The position numbers and the translations under genes are program-made. Under the pieces are notes generated by a model. The model was not told where the DNA came from. It saw nothing but the letters and a program-made list of their open reading frames with translations, and made no database searches. Below, piece after piece: positions 10,886-23,310 of a DNA stretch of 64,000 bases. The stretch is from Podarcis bocagei (taxonomy: Eukaryota), in NCBI GenBank assembly GCA_964188305.1, contig OZ076890.1; one strand, 5' to 3'. Each line of letters begins with the position of its first letter. Positions within the stretch are counted from its first letter, which is position 1.

Positions 10886-13060
10886 ATTGGCAACCAGGGG
10901 TAAGTTAAGCCAGAGGAAAAAAGGCTGGTGTAACTTAAACACTATTTTAAAGTCTTGTTTTCCTTCTGTCAGGCTCAGACCAGTTCAGCCAGTAATACTG
11001 AATGGACTTTGGATTTGGTGTTACTTTATGCTAAATTAATTTACACCAGGCTTGCTTTATGCCAGCTTCTTGTGTATGGGGTTGCTCCCTTCGTTTAATC
11101 AGCTATCAATGTACAACTTGCAAGTCATTACTCTCTCACCCTCAGTTTTGAGCTGCTAAATGGGAATATAATAAGCCCACAATTTACGTGCATTTTACTT
11201 GTGCACATTCAGCTTTACACGTTTGTCCAAAAAAAGAATAAGTTTTAATTAAAAGGGGCTGGGAAGGGGGCGGGCATTGGGGGGGAGAGACTTTGGCAAT
11301 CCCACCCACCATTGCACCCAATGTCTTTTTGACCATACACGATTTTGGCATTAGGTACAATCCCCAGAACGCAACCCCCTCGTAAGTTACTGTAATACTA
11401 CTACCCTACCTTACAGGGTTGTTGTAAGAACTATGCTGTTTGAGCCAGGATTGTGTTTTCAGGACTTTGCTGTGCACTCTTGAGACTAGGTTCTTTTTTC
11501 ACACAAGTAACTGGAACTATGCATTCTTAATTCTGCACTGTTTTGCCACCTTGGTATTACGTGTGGTGCAGTTATTTCAGAGCAGGTACCACCTCAGTAT
11601 TCTTATAAAATGATCCAGAATATCCATCTTCATAACATGCTGTTGGGGCTCAGTTCTGGAGCCTAATATGGTAGTTATCTTGCTTATTATGCCTGTAATT
11701 ATTATTAAAAGGTTTCTGTAAAGAGTGAATTGCAAAGTATGTAGTAAACTCATGGGATATCGTATCATTCTTTTTCAGTTAATACGACTTGAGTATGATT
11801 TTCCATTTCTATAATTAAAAGCCCTGAAAAATTAATTACAATGAGAGACTGACTCTTGGGATAGATAGAAAGAAAGGGGAAGGATCCTTTTGATTGAGAA
11901 TTGCTAATTGAGAATTTAGCAGCCTCGGGGATTTGATAAGCCATTGTTATATTGTACTTGAGAGTCGTTGTGCGATACATAAAATAATATTTTATTAAAT
12001 ATGTGAGGATATTGCTTCATACTTGTTTCAGTTCTTGGATAAGCGGGGGTGTTGTTAAATGAATTAAAGTCATTTCAATACATTTCCACCCTCAAAAATA
12101 TATTTTCCATTTATTCAGTTGTGAAGTATTGCTATTACGGTTATCAGAACATGCTTTGCTTGGATCACACCAGGGCCAGTTTAGCTCAATATTCCAATAG
12201 CTTCCAGCCAGTTTTCCCATAGTTTTCCAATAGCATCCAGCCAGATGCCCTTGGAAATCCACAATCAGGCTATGGAGATGATAGCCATCTCAAACTTATT
12301 CCAACCATCTGGTTATCAGAGGCATGTTAAATCGGAATAAAGAGGTTGCACTTAGCCAACCGGGCTTGTAGTCATTGATAGATCTAACCTACATGCGTTT
12401 AACCAATGCAAATTACTTCAAAATGCAGGTGGTAAATGAAAATACAGAATGACTTTTGTTTATGACTATCAGCCTGTCAGTGACTTGTATTATTGTGTAC
12501 TCTGTCTACATATGCAGTGGAAGCCATAGTTTAACATCACCAGCATGTTCGTAAACCTTTCTGTCAGTTAACTCATTTTTTATGTCAAATTTATAACATT
12601 TTGGTGGATAGCTCCATGTCACAAAATCGGCCATGTCCATTCATATTAGATATAACTTATGTGGCAAGAATTAAACTGATGCGAGCAAGGACTGCATGGC
12701 ATTTGAATAGACTGGGCTACATAGAGTAGAAACAGAATTGCAGCTTTTGGGAGAATCGAAACAACAGTACCATATATTCTGGATCCTCAGTTATATCAGA
12801 TTCATGTCCCTTATTAGGTATTTTATTTGAAAATAGCATGGTCATACAAATGCATGTTTTCTTCATTTTTTCTATTTAATCAGGTAGAAGCTAATGAAAT
12901 GGTGAAATTGTTAAAAATGGGTGAGAGAGATTGTGGCACTTATCAGCTAACAATATCTGTGTATATCTAGTCAAGTAAGTCCTGTTGAATTAAATAGGAC
13001 TTTCTCCTAAGTAAGTGGGTATAGGATTGGTGCCTAAATGGTATTTTTGTTGGGTTATAT

Positions 13061-13449
13061 CAGGGGTTGCCAACCTGACATTTGTGGGCACCGTGGTGCC
13101 CGTGAAGGATTTAATTGGTGTCCCGGGGAAGTTCCCCAGTTTTGAGTTTGTTTGTTTTTTAAAGAAAAAAAAAGTTCTCTTAAAAATAAATTTGTGGGGC
13201 AAAATGTGCAGCTGCCTTCTAAGCGATTTCTGTGGAATTAGAGTGAGTGTGATATGCCTTTTTCCATGGTACTGAGAAACGCACTATTGTTTGATGTCCG
13301 CAGTCAGGACATTGCTTACTTCCTGTGATAAGCATAAGGTTGTCTCTTTATGCCATCCTCTCCCATGGCAGCCATTTTGTGACTGGCACCCCCAACACTT
13401 CCCCCAAAATTGAAATGTGTCCCTGGTCCAGAAAGGTTGGTGACTCCTG
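13061..13449. mobile_element. hAT (Charlie-like) MITE
   Basis: TIR CAGGGGTTGCCAACCT / AGGTTGGTGACTCCTG; degenerate 8-bp TSD GGTTATAT / AGTTATAA. Confidence 0.7.
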
Positions 13450-16359
13450 AGTTATAAGAATCATATCAATCTATATCAAAGTATTTTTACCTGGAAGTAA
13501 TTATAATTGATATCAACTTACTTTCCTAGAGGGCTAAAGAGAACTGCCTTACTTAAATTCCATTGAAACCCAGGACTCTTACCAAGTCTTAGTTTTCCTT
13601 TTTTTTAATTTCTCAACAAATTACTTGCCTCGGTCTCCTGTGTGAGAGTGCTTAGCTTTCTTTGAGAGCAATTCAGTAAAAGCAACTTTGATGAAATTGC
13701 ACTGCTTCCAGATTGTGTCCTTCTATGCTTTAAATGAAAAGATGTTTGGAAGAGCCTTTGATATTTGCAAACCGCAATGTCAGTATCACAGAGATTATTT
13801 ACTTGATGAGTTAAAGGAAAGGGGTTAGACCTAGTGGGAGGGGAGTGGTCTTCGTTAACTATTTAACCTATGGTAGTACTCCATCATTTTATGGATGAGA
13901 TCAATTATTCCAGGCCTTTGTCAGTTCTCTTTCAGTTTGTAGTTAGTCCTATCATTGTTTGAAAGGATTCCGCCACCCTTTTTTCTATATACATCATTTT
14001 AAAATTGATTATATTGTGACATCAAGCGGGAGAAAATAATTGAAGACTACAGTCATAAGCAGACTTAGGTTCCATTTGAAATCAGGAAACTTAGCATCCA
14101 AGTAAATGTATGGAGGATGTTGTTAAAGTGTCACAAAAAATAAACAAAGACTTTAGATTAAAACATTTGATTGGTGTTATTGTTTCAGCTCGGGCTCTCT
14201 GCTGCCTTGTTGTGCATCCTTTAAAACAACAGCAAGGTAACCAGTGATGCTTTCACCATTTATATGCTTATATCTCCAGCAAGAAGAAACCTACCTATTT
14301 CAGCAGTTTATTTGCAGAGGGTCACTTGGAAGCCTCCCTTTTTCTCTCTTGCTACCGGTTTGGTTTTCCAGCAGGCAACTGCTCTGTGGTGTCACCGATC
14401 CCAATCTGTTCCTTTGAGATCCAGGGTTTGTCATTGCTGGGGTTAATTTTTAAAAATAGCATTACTAACCCCTTTCCCCCGTGTTTTTCTGTTGCTTGTA
14501 CTGGACTGTGTACTTTCTCAGGCTTTTTTAATAGCTATTTTAATCATTGTAGGCAGTTTCAACTGGAAACACTGTCCCTAGTGCTGATTTCACTTACAGT
14601 CGGCTTGAACCTGTTTGTGCCCATCTGTTTTAGCAGTCTCTTATTTGCAGCAGAATATGAGGCTCATTATGGAGGCCATATTATGAACTGAATTGTGTTT
14701 CTAAGGTTGTGTTTTTAAAAGCTCAAGTTCCCCAAACCCTCAGAACCCAACATCTAATCTTTCACTGAAACAAGCTGATTGGCATTTTTAGATGGAAAAG
14801 GAGGCTGTGACATTGTTTTGAAAAAACAAAACTTCCAAGCAGTTGTTTGTTATAAGGGGGGAAAGCAGGAAAACCATATATATAAGGTGTGTGTTTGATA
14901 TGTTGGTTGGCATGGTTTTGGTTTCTGTATCAACTTAATTAGAGAATGTTGCTAAATCCACACCATTTGGAGTTGCTAGATCAACTGCTGTGAAACATCT
15001 GGATATCAAACATGTTGCTTCCTTAATTGGCCACCAATTCCTTGAAATTAACTTTAGACTCGTGACGCTAAACTTTCTAGTAAATCTCTTTAAGATCAGC
15101 GCTTTACAGGCAGCTATCAAATGCTATGCCAGGCTCCTCTGCAATAGTGAAGGAAATATGTATTTTGAACATTGGATAAGCTGAACAAAAGCATTAAAGA
15201 TGATTCTATTTTTTATATTACATAGTTTTAAACAATTACATTTGGAGCTGGGGCCTTCTGTAATAAGTCTGTTTGTTTCTCTTCCTCTTGATATTTTTAT
15301 TTCCCTTTTCAGATAGGCGTCTGTAGGTTCTTGCCACTTCAAAGGTCAGAAAGTCCCTCCTCTTTCCTCTTCCTTCACAATGCACACTAGGAGAGAGGCG
15401 TTTTCCTTTTCTGCATATTCCTCCTCTTGATCTGTGCGATATTGTGGTTGACCAGATTTAAAACACTACAGTATTTAGGATCCCTGCAGTGCCATTTTAC
15501 GTATTTGGACCAGGAAAGTGCCCCTGGCAATAACTACCTGAATTTCTTTTAATTACATAATATAGCTGCATTTACTTCGGATTCTTTTTGACTGACGCTG
15601 TAAGGCAATTGTAACCATGGATGATGGGATTAAGTGCCTCTTGAAGTGACTTTAGCTTCTTGTGCGAACAAAGGGATAGAAGGGAACACTTAGCCCCTTT
15701 TTGAGTAAGCAGCTTTCTCCCCCCTCCGCCACCAGCATATAAAAGAATTACAATTAACAAACATTATCCCCAGAGGTAAATTGAAATGTACATGCAGACA
15801 AGAGCTGCTCTTGACTGCAATTAGACATATATGATCTGAGGTATTTTAGCCATTCATTGTTGCTAATTCTGTGAGAAACAAGCCATTGGAACAAAACGAT
15901 TAAAATGTTAGGCCAATAACTGGGATTATTAGTCTGCAAAAATCAGCCTTTTCTGCAGCTTTGAATAGTCTGATTCTCTAGTTGGCTCACTTGCGTATGT
16001 GCCCAAGACTTGTTGGTGTTTGTTACAAACCATTTAAATGTTCTTCTTCTTTTTCATACGAGAGAGTTGCGTAAATGGGGGCATTTTATAATTTCATGTC
16101 ATTGCCAATGCCTGGGGAATCTCTGAAAGTGGCAGGACTTTGTTTTGATTACCAGAACTGAACTGAGTGTCCTTCCACACACACAAATTATTCATTGTCA
16201 TCCCCGCCTCCAACCCCGCTTTCTTGATTTCAACAAAGTGATATGAAGTGCGTGTATTTTGTTGTTCCCATGGTTAATCAACTGGGAGTCAGAAATGTTT
16301 GCTGATCTACATCACATCACCTGGGATTTACCTTTTGGCTACCCATACCCTTGGAGTTA

Positions 16360-16696
16360 GGGACGCGGGTGGCGCTGTGGGTTAAACCATAGAGCCTAGG
16401 ACTTGCCGATCAGAAGGTCGGCAGTTCGAATCCCCGCGACGGGGTGAGCTCCCGTTGTTCGGTCCCAGCTCCTGCCCACCTAACAGTTTGAAAGCACGCC
16501 AGTGCAAATAGATAAATAGGTACTGCTCTGGCAGGAAGGCAAACAGCGTTTCCGTGCGCTGCTCTGGTTCGCCAGAAGCGGCTTAGTCATGCTGGCCACA
16601 TGACCCGCTCCCTCGGTCAATAAAGCAAGATGAGCGCCGCAACCCCAGAGTCGGTCACGACTGGACCTAATGGACAGGGGCCCCTTTACCTTTACT
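16360..16696 (+). mobile_element. Sauria SINE (Squam1-type), full length
   Basis: GGGACGCGGGTGGCGCTGTGG head, B-box GTTCGAATCC, (ACCTTT)-type tail; perfect 14-bp TSD TACCCTTGGAGTTA at 16346-16359 and 16697-16710. Confidence 0.93.
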
Positions 16697-16835
16697 TACC
16701 CTTGGAGTTAAGGCAGCATGCAGATGTTAACAAAGTAAGCCGTTCTTGTCAGTAATTAAAGTGGCAGTGGAACTTCTTGAAAGTGTTTAAGAAGTACAGC
16801 CTGAGATTAATAGAGATCTCATCTTTTTTTTACAG

Positions 16836-17025
16836 GAGGAGTCCTTTTCTGCCTTTTCCTGCTCCTAAGCTTGGTTATCGCCTGACACCGTCTCGTAGCT
16901 ACATACCCCGAAGGGCTGTTCTCTACGTGCCAGCTGACGACGAGAGGAAGATACGGAAAATCTCATCTGTCGATGTGGATTGTGCTGTGCTGGATTGTGA
17001 AGATGGTGTTGCTGTAAATAGGAAG
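16836..17025 (+). CDS. CLYBL: Internal coding exon (exon 2 equivalent) of citramalyl-CoA lyase / citrate lyase beta-like, mitochondrial
   Basis: Translation RSPFLPFPAPKLGYRLTPSRSYIPRRAVLYVPADDERKIRKISSVDVDCAVLDCEDGVAVNRK matches the recalled vertebrate CLYBL segment YIPRRAVLYVPGNDEKKIKKIPSLNVDCAVLDCEDGVAANKK. Acceptor is a pyrimidine tract plus TACAG ending at 16835; donor AAG|GTAAGC at 17026. Length 190 nt, phase 2 in and phase 0 out. Confidence 0.96.
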
Positions 17026-17974
17026 GTAAGCAATACATTCTCCATCATGTTACATGGGATTATTCTATCACGCAATATAGCTGTGCATAGAAATCAAGCC
17101 ATTTCACACAAATTTATGTCCTGGTGCTGTCAGCTCTGTTTCCAATTGCAAGCAGTACTTGGAAGGCTGTTGTACAGGAGCGTATCAGTGCAGATCTCGC
17201 AGATCAGTTGCACATTGGCATGTGCTCATATCGCTGCTGATCTTCAGAAATGTTTAAATGCAGGCAAAGGCTCATTATGACCCCCTCTCTTGTGTTTTTT
17301 TGTGATCTTGACCCTGGTTCAGACTATCAGAGAATGCCCACATGAGGAGTGACAGCAAAGTCAAGCCTGGGTTTGTCTAAGACACATGCACCAACTGGGA
17401 TAGCAGCAAATTGTTGTCGGCGTTTTTAAATAGCCATCATACTGCTAAGACGCTAATTTTGAATCGGTGGTTTCTTTTGCTGCAGGAATATACACCCAGA
17501 TATGTGGAGCAGTGGATTTTTAGTATGCTTATTTCTCTCCCAACTCTCTCTTTTCCCGAGTGAAAATAGTCTTTTCTCCTGTTGCAGAGTGTGTCCATTT
17601 CCGTATGTCATCCTTTCTTTCTTCTTCCAGAGTGGATTGAATAGAGGCTTCATTGTTCGTTCCTTTAGGGATCAAACTGTTGCTCTTATTAGAATGCTTT
17701 CTAGGGCAGCATCGTCTTCTATTGTTAACACTTCAATCCTTTAAAGCAGCAGAAAGGATTCTTTACAGCTCCTAGATAAGGTCAACATGGCAATATTTCT
17801 GCCCAAGTCCTTACTTTGGTGCTAAATGAATTGCTGGTTGCTTCTCATTGGGCCTAGGGAGTAAGAACTCGGCACTGTGGCATTATGGTCCTGAGACGGA
17901 TGAGCCCAGCAAGCTCCAAGTACAGAGTTATCACATTTAATAAAGCAAATTACCTTTTAAATAGTTATTATCTC

Positions 17975-18352
17975 TGGGAGTGTATCTCCCCATAGGAACT
18001 GACCCAGACCCTGCAATCACCATCTGAGGCCCTTCTTTGTGTGTCTCCAGAGGGTGACAACATCAGAACAGGTCTTTTCTGAGGTGACTCGCCATTTGTG
18101 GAACACTCTCCCCAGGGAGGCCCACCTGGCGCTTTCATCACATATCTTTAGGCGCCAGGCGAAAACATTTCTCTATGACCAGGCCTTTGGTTGATAAACA
18201 TTCTATGACCTTTAAAATTTGTTTGTGGGAGGGAGCTTATTGGTTTGTTTCTGTTTTGTGATGTATTTTGTGTCCTCCTTTTGAATTTTTATGTTTGACC
18301 CACACTGTGATCTTCAGATGAAGGGCTGTATACAAATTTAATTAATAATAAT
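17975..18352 (+). mobile_element. Degenerate L2 3' fragment
   Basis: LWNTLPREAHLA..FRRQAKTFL.DQAF remnant, L2-like 3' end and AAT tail. Confidence 0.7.
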
Positions 18353-18376
18353 ACGTGCAATCAGGTGTGTGGGCTG

Positions 18377-18591
18377 CAGTGGTACCTTGGGTTACAGACG
18401 CTTCAGGTTACAGACTCCGCTAACCCAGAAATAGTACCTCAGGTTAAGAACTTTGCTTCAGGATGAGAACAGAAATTGTGCAGCAGCAGTGGGAGCCCCC
18501 ATTAGCTAAAGTGGTACCTCAGGTTAAGAACAGTTTCAGGTTAACAACGGACCTCCAGAACGAATTAAGTTCTTAACCTGAGTTACCACTA
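18377..18591 (+). mobile_element. Tc1/mariner MITE, family A
   Basis: Same TIR and body as 2342-2583. Confidence 0.88.
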
Positions 18592-21500
18592 TATAGGGAA
18601 GGACAGATGGCAGCCGACTAATCAAGGACACGTTTTTTAGAACCACACCTGTCAACCTGTTAGGAAACCCTACCAACCAGGAGAATTTGGCCGACGCTTG
18701 GGGCTTGCTTGCTACTTCCAGATAATGGGTGGCATTCAGCTAAGTGTGCTTTGCTGTCTTTCTCTTGCAAGTTATTATTATTATTATTATTTTATTACAA
18801 AACAATAAATAACATCACTGCAAAAACCAAAGTAATATCCCTCCTCCCCCTTGGCTCCCACATAAAAAATGCAAGAACATTTTGTCAAAGGCAAATAAAT
18901 GAGTACCAAATCTCAATAAAATCATTATGTTCTTGTTGTCCGTTTAAACTCCCATCAACCCTAGCTGGCAGGACCGGTGGTCAAGGATGATGGGAATTGT
19001 AGTCCCAAAACAGTCCCAAACAAGACCCAAGTTTGGGAAACCCTGATTTAAAGCCTCTACTTGTTTGTAGGTTTTATTCATAGTAGTCCCACTGAAATTA
19101 ATACACATGAGGAAGTTAGGACCATTCATTTCAAAAGGCCTACTCTGAGTAAAATCTAGCTGACTATTACCCTCTGTTCCAGAAATGAAAAACTGGCTCT
19201 GTTCTTCCAGTGCATGATACTGACAATCAGGTAAACCACTAGCGCTGGGGAAGCCAATATGGTGCCTTCTAGATGTTGCTGAACAACCACTTCCATCAGC
19301 CCCAGCCAGCAGGGCCAATAGTCCTGGATGATGGGAATTGTTGTCCAGCAACATCTGCAAGGGACCATGTTGACTACCCCGCCCTACTAGAGCCAGTCGG
19401 GGGCTGTAAGTAGAGCCACACCAAGGATAGAGAACCTGATGTCCTCCAGAGACTGCAGCTACTATTATCCCAGACCATTGGCCTTGTTGGGTAAGGCTGA
19501 TTGAAGTTAGAATACAGCAGCATCTGGAGGTCCAAAGGCTTCCCATCTCTGCCTTACACCACCCGCTATCTTAACGTGGAGCCCTCCAATGTCTCATTTC
19601 TTATCCCTGGCTCATGAAGGGGAATGCGTATAGCAGGCACGAGATAAAATCATAAACTGGGTCAGTTGTGATATATGTAAGAGAAAATGCAGGCAAGCTC
19701 ATTCCGAGCTTTATCAGCATCAATAGAAAAAAGCTGCGGTGGGCTTTGTAAATCTCTGGCTACCTCAATTAAAGCCGACCGTTTTCCTGTATTATGTGAT
19801 GATAATCTGTTTATAACAAAGCCAAATGGTTGGGATTTGTCAATGCATCAGGTATTTCTCTGGGCCCATAGTGAGAATTTCAACGAGCACTTCACAACGA
19901 GAGTCACTGATAACTGGAGGGGTTTTCTTTTTTCAACAAGATCTTTGTTTTATTTATTATAAATTAGTGCAGCAGCTAATTGTACCTTTCTACGGGGAGA
20001 AAGCTAGCTGAGCAGAAGATAGAGAATGATTAAACCTACACAGACACATGGTGTGGTAACATCGCTCCAAACGATATAGAAAATTGGAATGGGAGCAGGA
20101 CTTTCCCAGGTCTCTTGCTATTATTAAAAGCAGCTTGGGGAAATTTCTTCAATCTGATTTGGGAAATCGAAGCCTCAGCAAAGTGAACTCTATCGGCAAA
20201 CACTGCAACGCTTTTTTTGATCCATGAAGAGTTCTGTTGAATATATGTTTTCACATAGGTTGTAAAGTGTTTTCATGACCTTATTAATCCCTGTATGGCC
20301 TTAGAAAGCCCGCCATTCCTGATTGGTAATGCTGACAATAAATGTTTGGTGGGTTTTTTGTTCCCATTGTTTTACTCAGCATCTTCCTCTTGAAAGAATT
20401 TGGGGAGTTTCTGAGGAGGTCAGAATATCAGCAATTTTTAAAACGAGTTAAATTGGGGAAGGGGGGCTTGATTATTTTTTAAAAACAAAAAACTTTCTTT
20501 CTGTTACATATTTTTTTTAGTTGGCACTTCCCTGGAGGTTCAGAAATATCCAAATTGACTTTCACTGAGACACAATGGATATAATTTCTAGAATGCAGTG
20601 GCGGGGGGAAAGGGCTTGGTACAAATTTACAGAAAATTTTGTATGCTTATACAAATAAAATGGAAGGCATTCTTATGTTATCGTTTGCTAGAGCAATGCT
20701 TAGACCTTTCCTTTGAAACGTAGACTAGGTAGCTCGTGATCCTACACAATAAATGGGGCCCACCAGTCATATATTATGCCTGACAACTTTGTACACATGC
20801 TTCTCATACAAATGGTCCTGCGTTCAGTTCCTGGCATTTCCAGATAGACCTAGGTAAGATGCCTAGCTGCACATCTGGAGAACTGCTGCCAATCAGTTCA
20901 GACAATGGACCAGTGGTTGAAGGGAAGGGAAACACTTTTAAAAATAAAAAGTAATGTAAAGCAGCACAATTAAAAATGTCTAAATTGCATGCTTGTTACT
21001 ACTATTGTTATTAATAAGAAATATGTATTAATAACAGATTTATTTTTTTTAATCTCCATGGTTTAAAATAACACCCACAGTTAAATATAACCATATTTTC
21101 ATCATGCATTCTTTATATACTGTATGCTCACTACTGTTCCTACTAGGGTTAGATTAATCTGTCTATTTCTGGCTTTTGCATTTTTTGCACATATTGTTCC
21201 AATGCTTTCTGATTCTGCATTAAGCTACTTGAAAAAAAGAAGGAGAAGTCTCCATTTATATTGAGATATACATTTCCTCTCAGAGTTTATATTTAAAATA
21301 CATGGTTTGATGCGGTAAAACTGCCAAAAATTGCATTGCAGCAGAAGTACAAAATCGGTTGGATACCTAAGTTCCAATCTGCACTTTGGTCCAAGAGAAT
21401 GTTTTATGCAGGGATGGGGGGGGGGGATGCACTTATCAAACATCTCTAGATACCATCTAGAGCACTATCATTTTTAGCCCACCTTACTCTCTGCATATGA

Positions 21501-23071
21501 GGCTGGCAAAGCTCATGCATGCCTTCCATCAGTCCTAGTTGTTGTTGTCAATGTTGCTGTCAGTGCTATATCTCGGAAATATATGAAGGCTGCCAACCAT
21601 TTCTTTTGTCTCCAAATGCTATTTGGGGAAATTACTCAACTGTCTTCCTGTTTATTGCAAACAGAGTGGCCAGCCTGGCCATGGAATCTGAATAGTACTT
21701 TTCACCCTTTGTGAAAGGATAAGCAGAACCCTACTGTTTTCTGTGTTTGCACCTAAAAAGAGGCGTGACTGCATGAAGATCTATTTTTTTGACTTCTTGA
21801 AGGCTGGATATACTTTGTGATAATGCAGTCACGTAATTAATTACTCAAGATCCCCACTGTAGTACATTGCTTTTAATACTAATTTATATTAACACTGTTT
21901 TTGCGTTGCCACAAAACACCCATCAATAAAACAGTTAATTGTAATGATTTCTGCCGCAACAAAACTCTTGCCTTTGAACGAGATGTAATACTTGAGTTTA
22001 GGATATCCCTTAAAAATTGTGTTCTGTTAGTTCCCTAGATAGATCTTTGAAGTGACATGTTGGGTTCAGCAGGGGTGCTAGCCAACCCAGATCTGCCTGC
22101 CTGCTGTTTCTTAGCGTTATATCATTGGCCTTTCCGCTATGGCACAAACAGGAAGAATACTGTAGGCATGTAGTGTTGGTCTTGGTCTTCAGAGCTCTGG
22201 GAGTTGGAGGCTGTGGCCTGTCCAATGTTTCCCAGTGATTTTGACAACTGAACTAACATTGCGATCTTCTATAACTTCCCTTTCTCGGTTGTAGCTTTCC
22301 ATCTGCAGTGTGGGAGCAGGAAATAAGGAGGATTCTCCTCCAGCTATTTTAACTGGGAATAGTCTAAGGGCCATTAGTTTGGAATAAAGAGGCAGGGGTA
22401 TGCTGCTGATCAGCTTTGTCTGGACTCGAGAATCCGTTGCAGAGATTGAGGATCCAGGCCAAAGTCAGCAGCCTTATAAGAACAGGCGAAACCCTATTGG
22501 TTCCAAATGTTACTTGGCACTGCTTCCAGAGCTGGTTTTGGCATTCCTCTGTGCCATCCATGGCCGATCTGCTGAAAAACAGCAATGTACAGACGCCATC
22601 CTCTAGCAACCCGCCATAGTTTCTTGTGGTGCTGAGAATGAGCTGCTGGTTCCTGATTTGCAATCCCTGGTCCTTTATGCTTTAACCTGTGTAGTTCCTT
22701 TGAACTGTTGAGTCAGTTTGAATTATTTTGTAACACATAATCTAAGGTCCAATGAAGGTATGTGTGAGTCACTGTCACTACTTCTATTATTATTTGTGGT
22801 TCTTGTAGCACTTTCTAATATACAGAAGTGCTCTACAGTTCTGATTTATTTATTTTTTTGCTGTGATCAAGCTAGTCCCCTAACAACGATTATTTTTTGG
22901 AAGCCATCATGAAGGAAAGGGAGACCGGGAGCTTCAGAGCAGAGAAAGCAGCACTTACTCACATAAAAATAGTATTGTTACGTGCTCATCGGTGCCTTAG
23001 CCAGAAAAACTGTTTATACTTACAAGTATTTTCCAAGCATAATTTTGAATGACCATTTGGAGGATCAAATG

Positions 23072-23310
23072 CATACCCCCAACATTTCTCCAATGAAAGT
23101 AGGGACATCCTATTCCATAATAATTATATATTTTTTTAATTTATGTCCCAACCATCTGACTGGGTTGCCCCAGCCAGTCTGGGCGGTTTCCAATAAAAGC
23201 ATAATAAAATATTAAACATTTTAAAAAACACTTCCCTATACAGGGCTGCCGTCAGATGTCTTCTAAAGGTTGGCTCGGGGATCTCATAACTCCATAATGC
23301 CAACCTTTCT
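23072..23310 (+). mobile_element. Truncated copy of the composite 6-bp-TSD DNA element (L2-tail cargo)
   Basis: Left end CATACCCCCAACATTTCTCCAATGAAAGTAGGGACATCC followed by the same cargo as 38868-39490; right unit missing. Confidence 0.7.

Noticed and set aside
16777-17280. 167-aa ORF as a complete gene
   Set aside because: Only 16836-17025 resembles CLYBL and is bounded by splice sites; the rest is intronic read-through.
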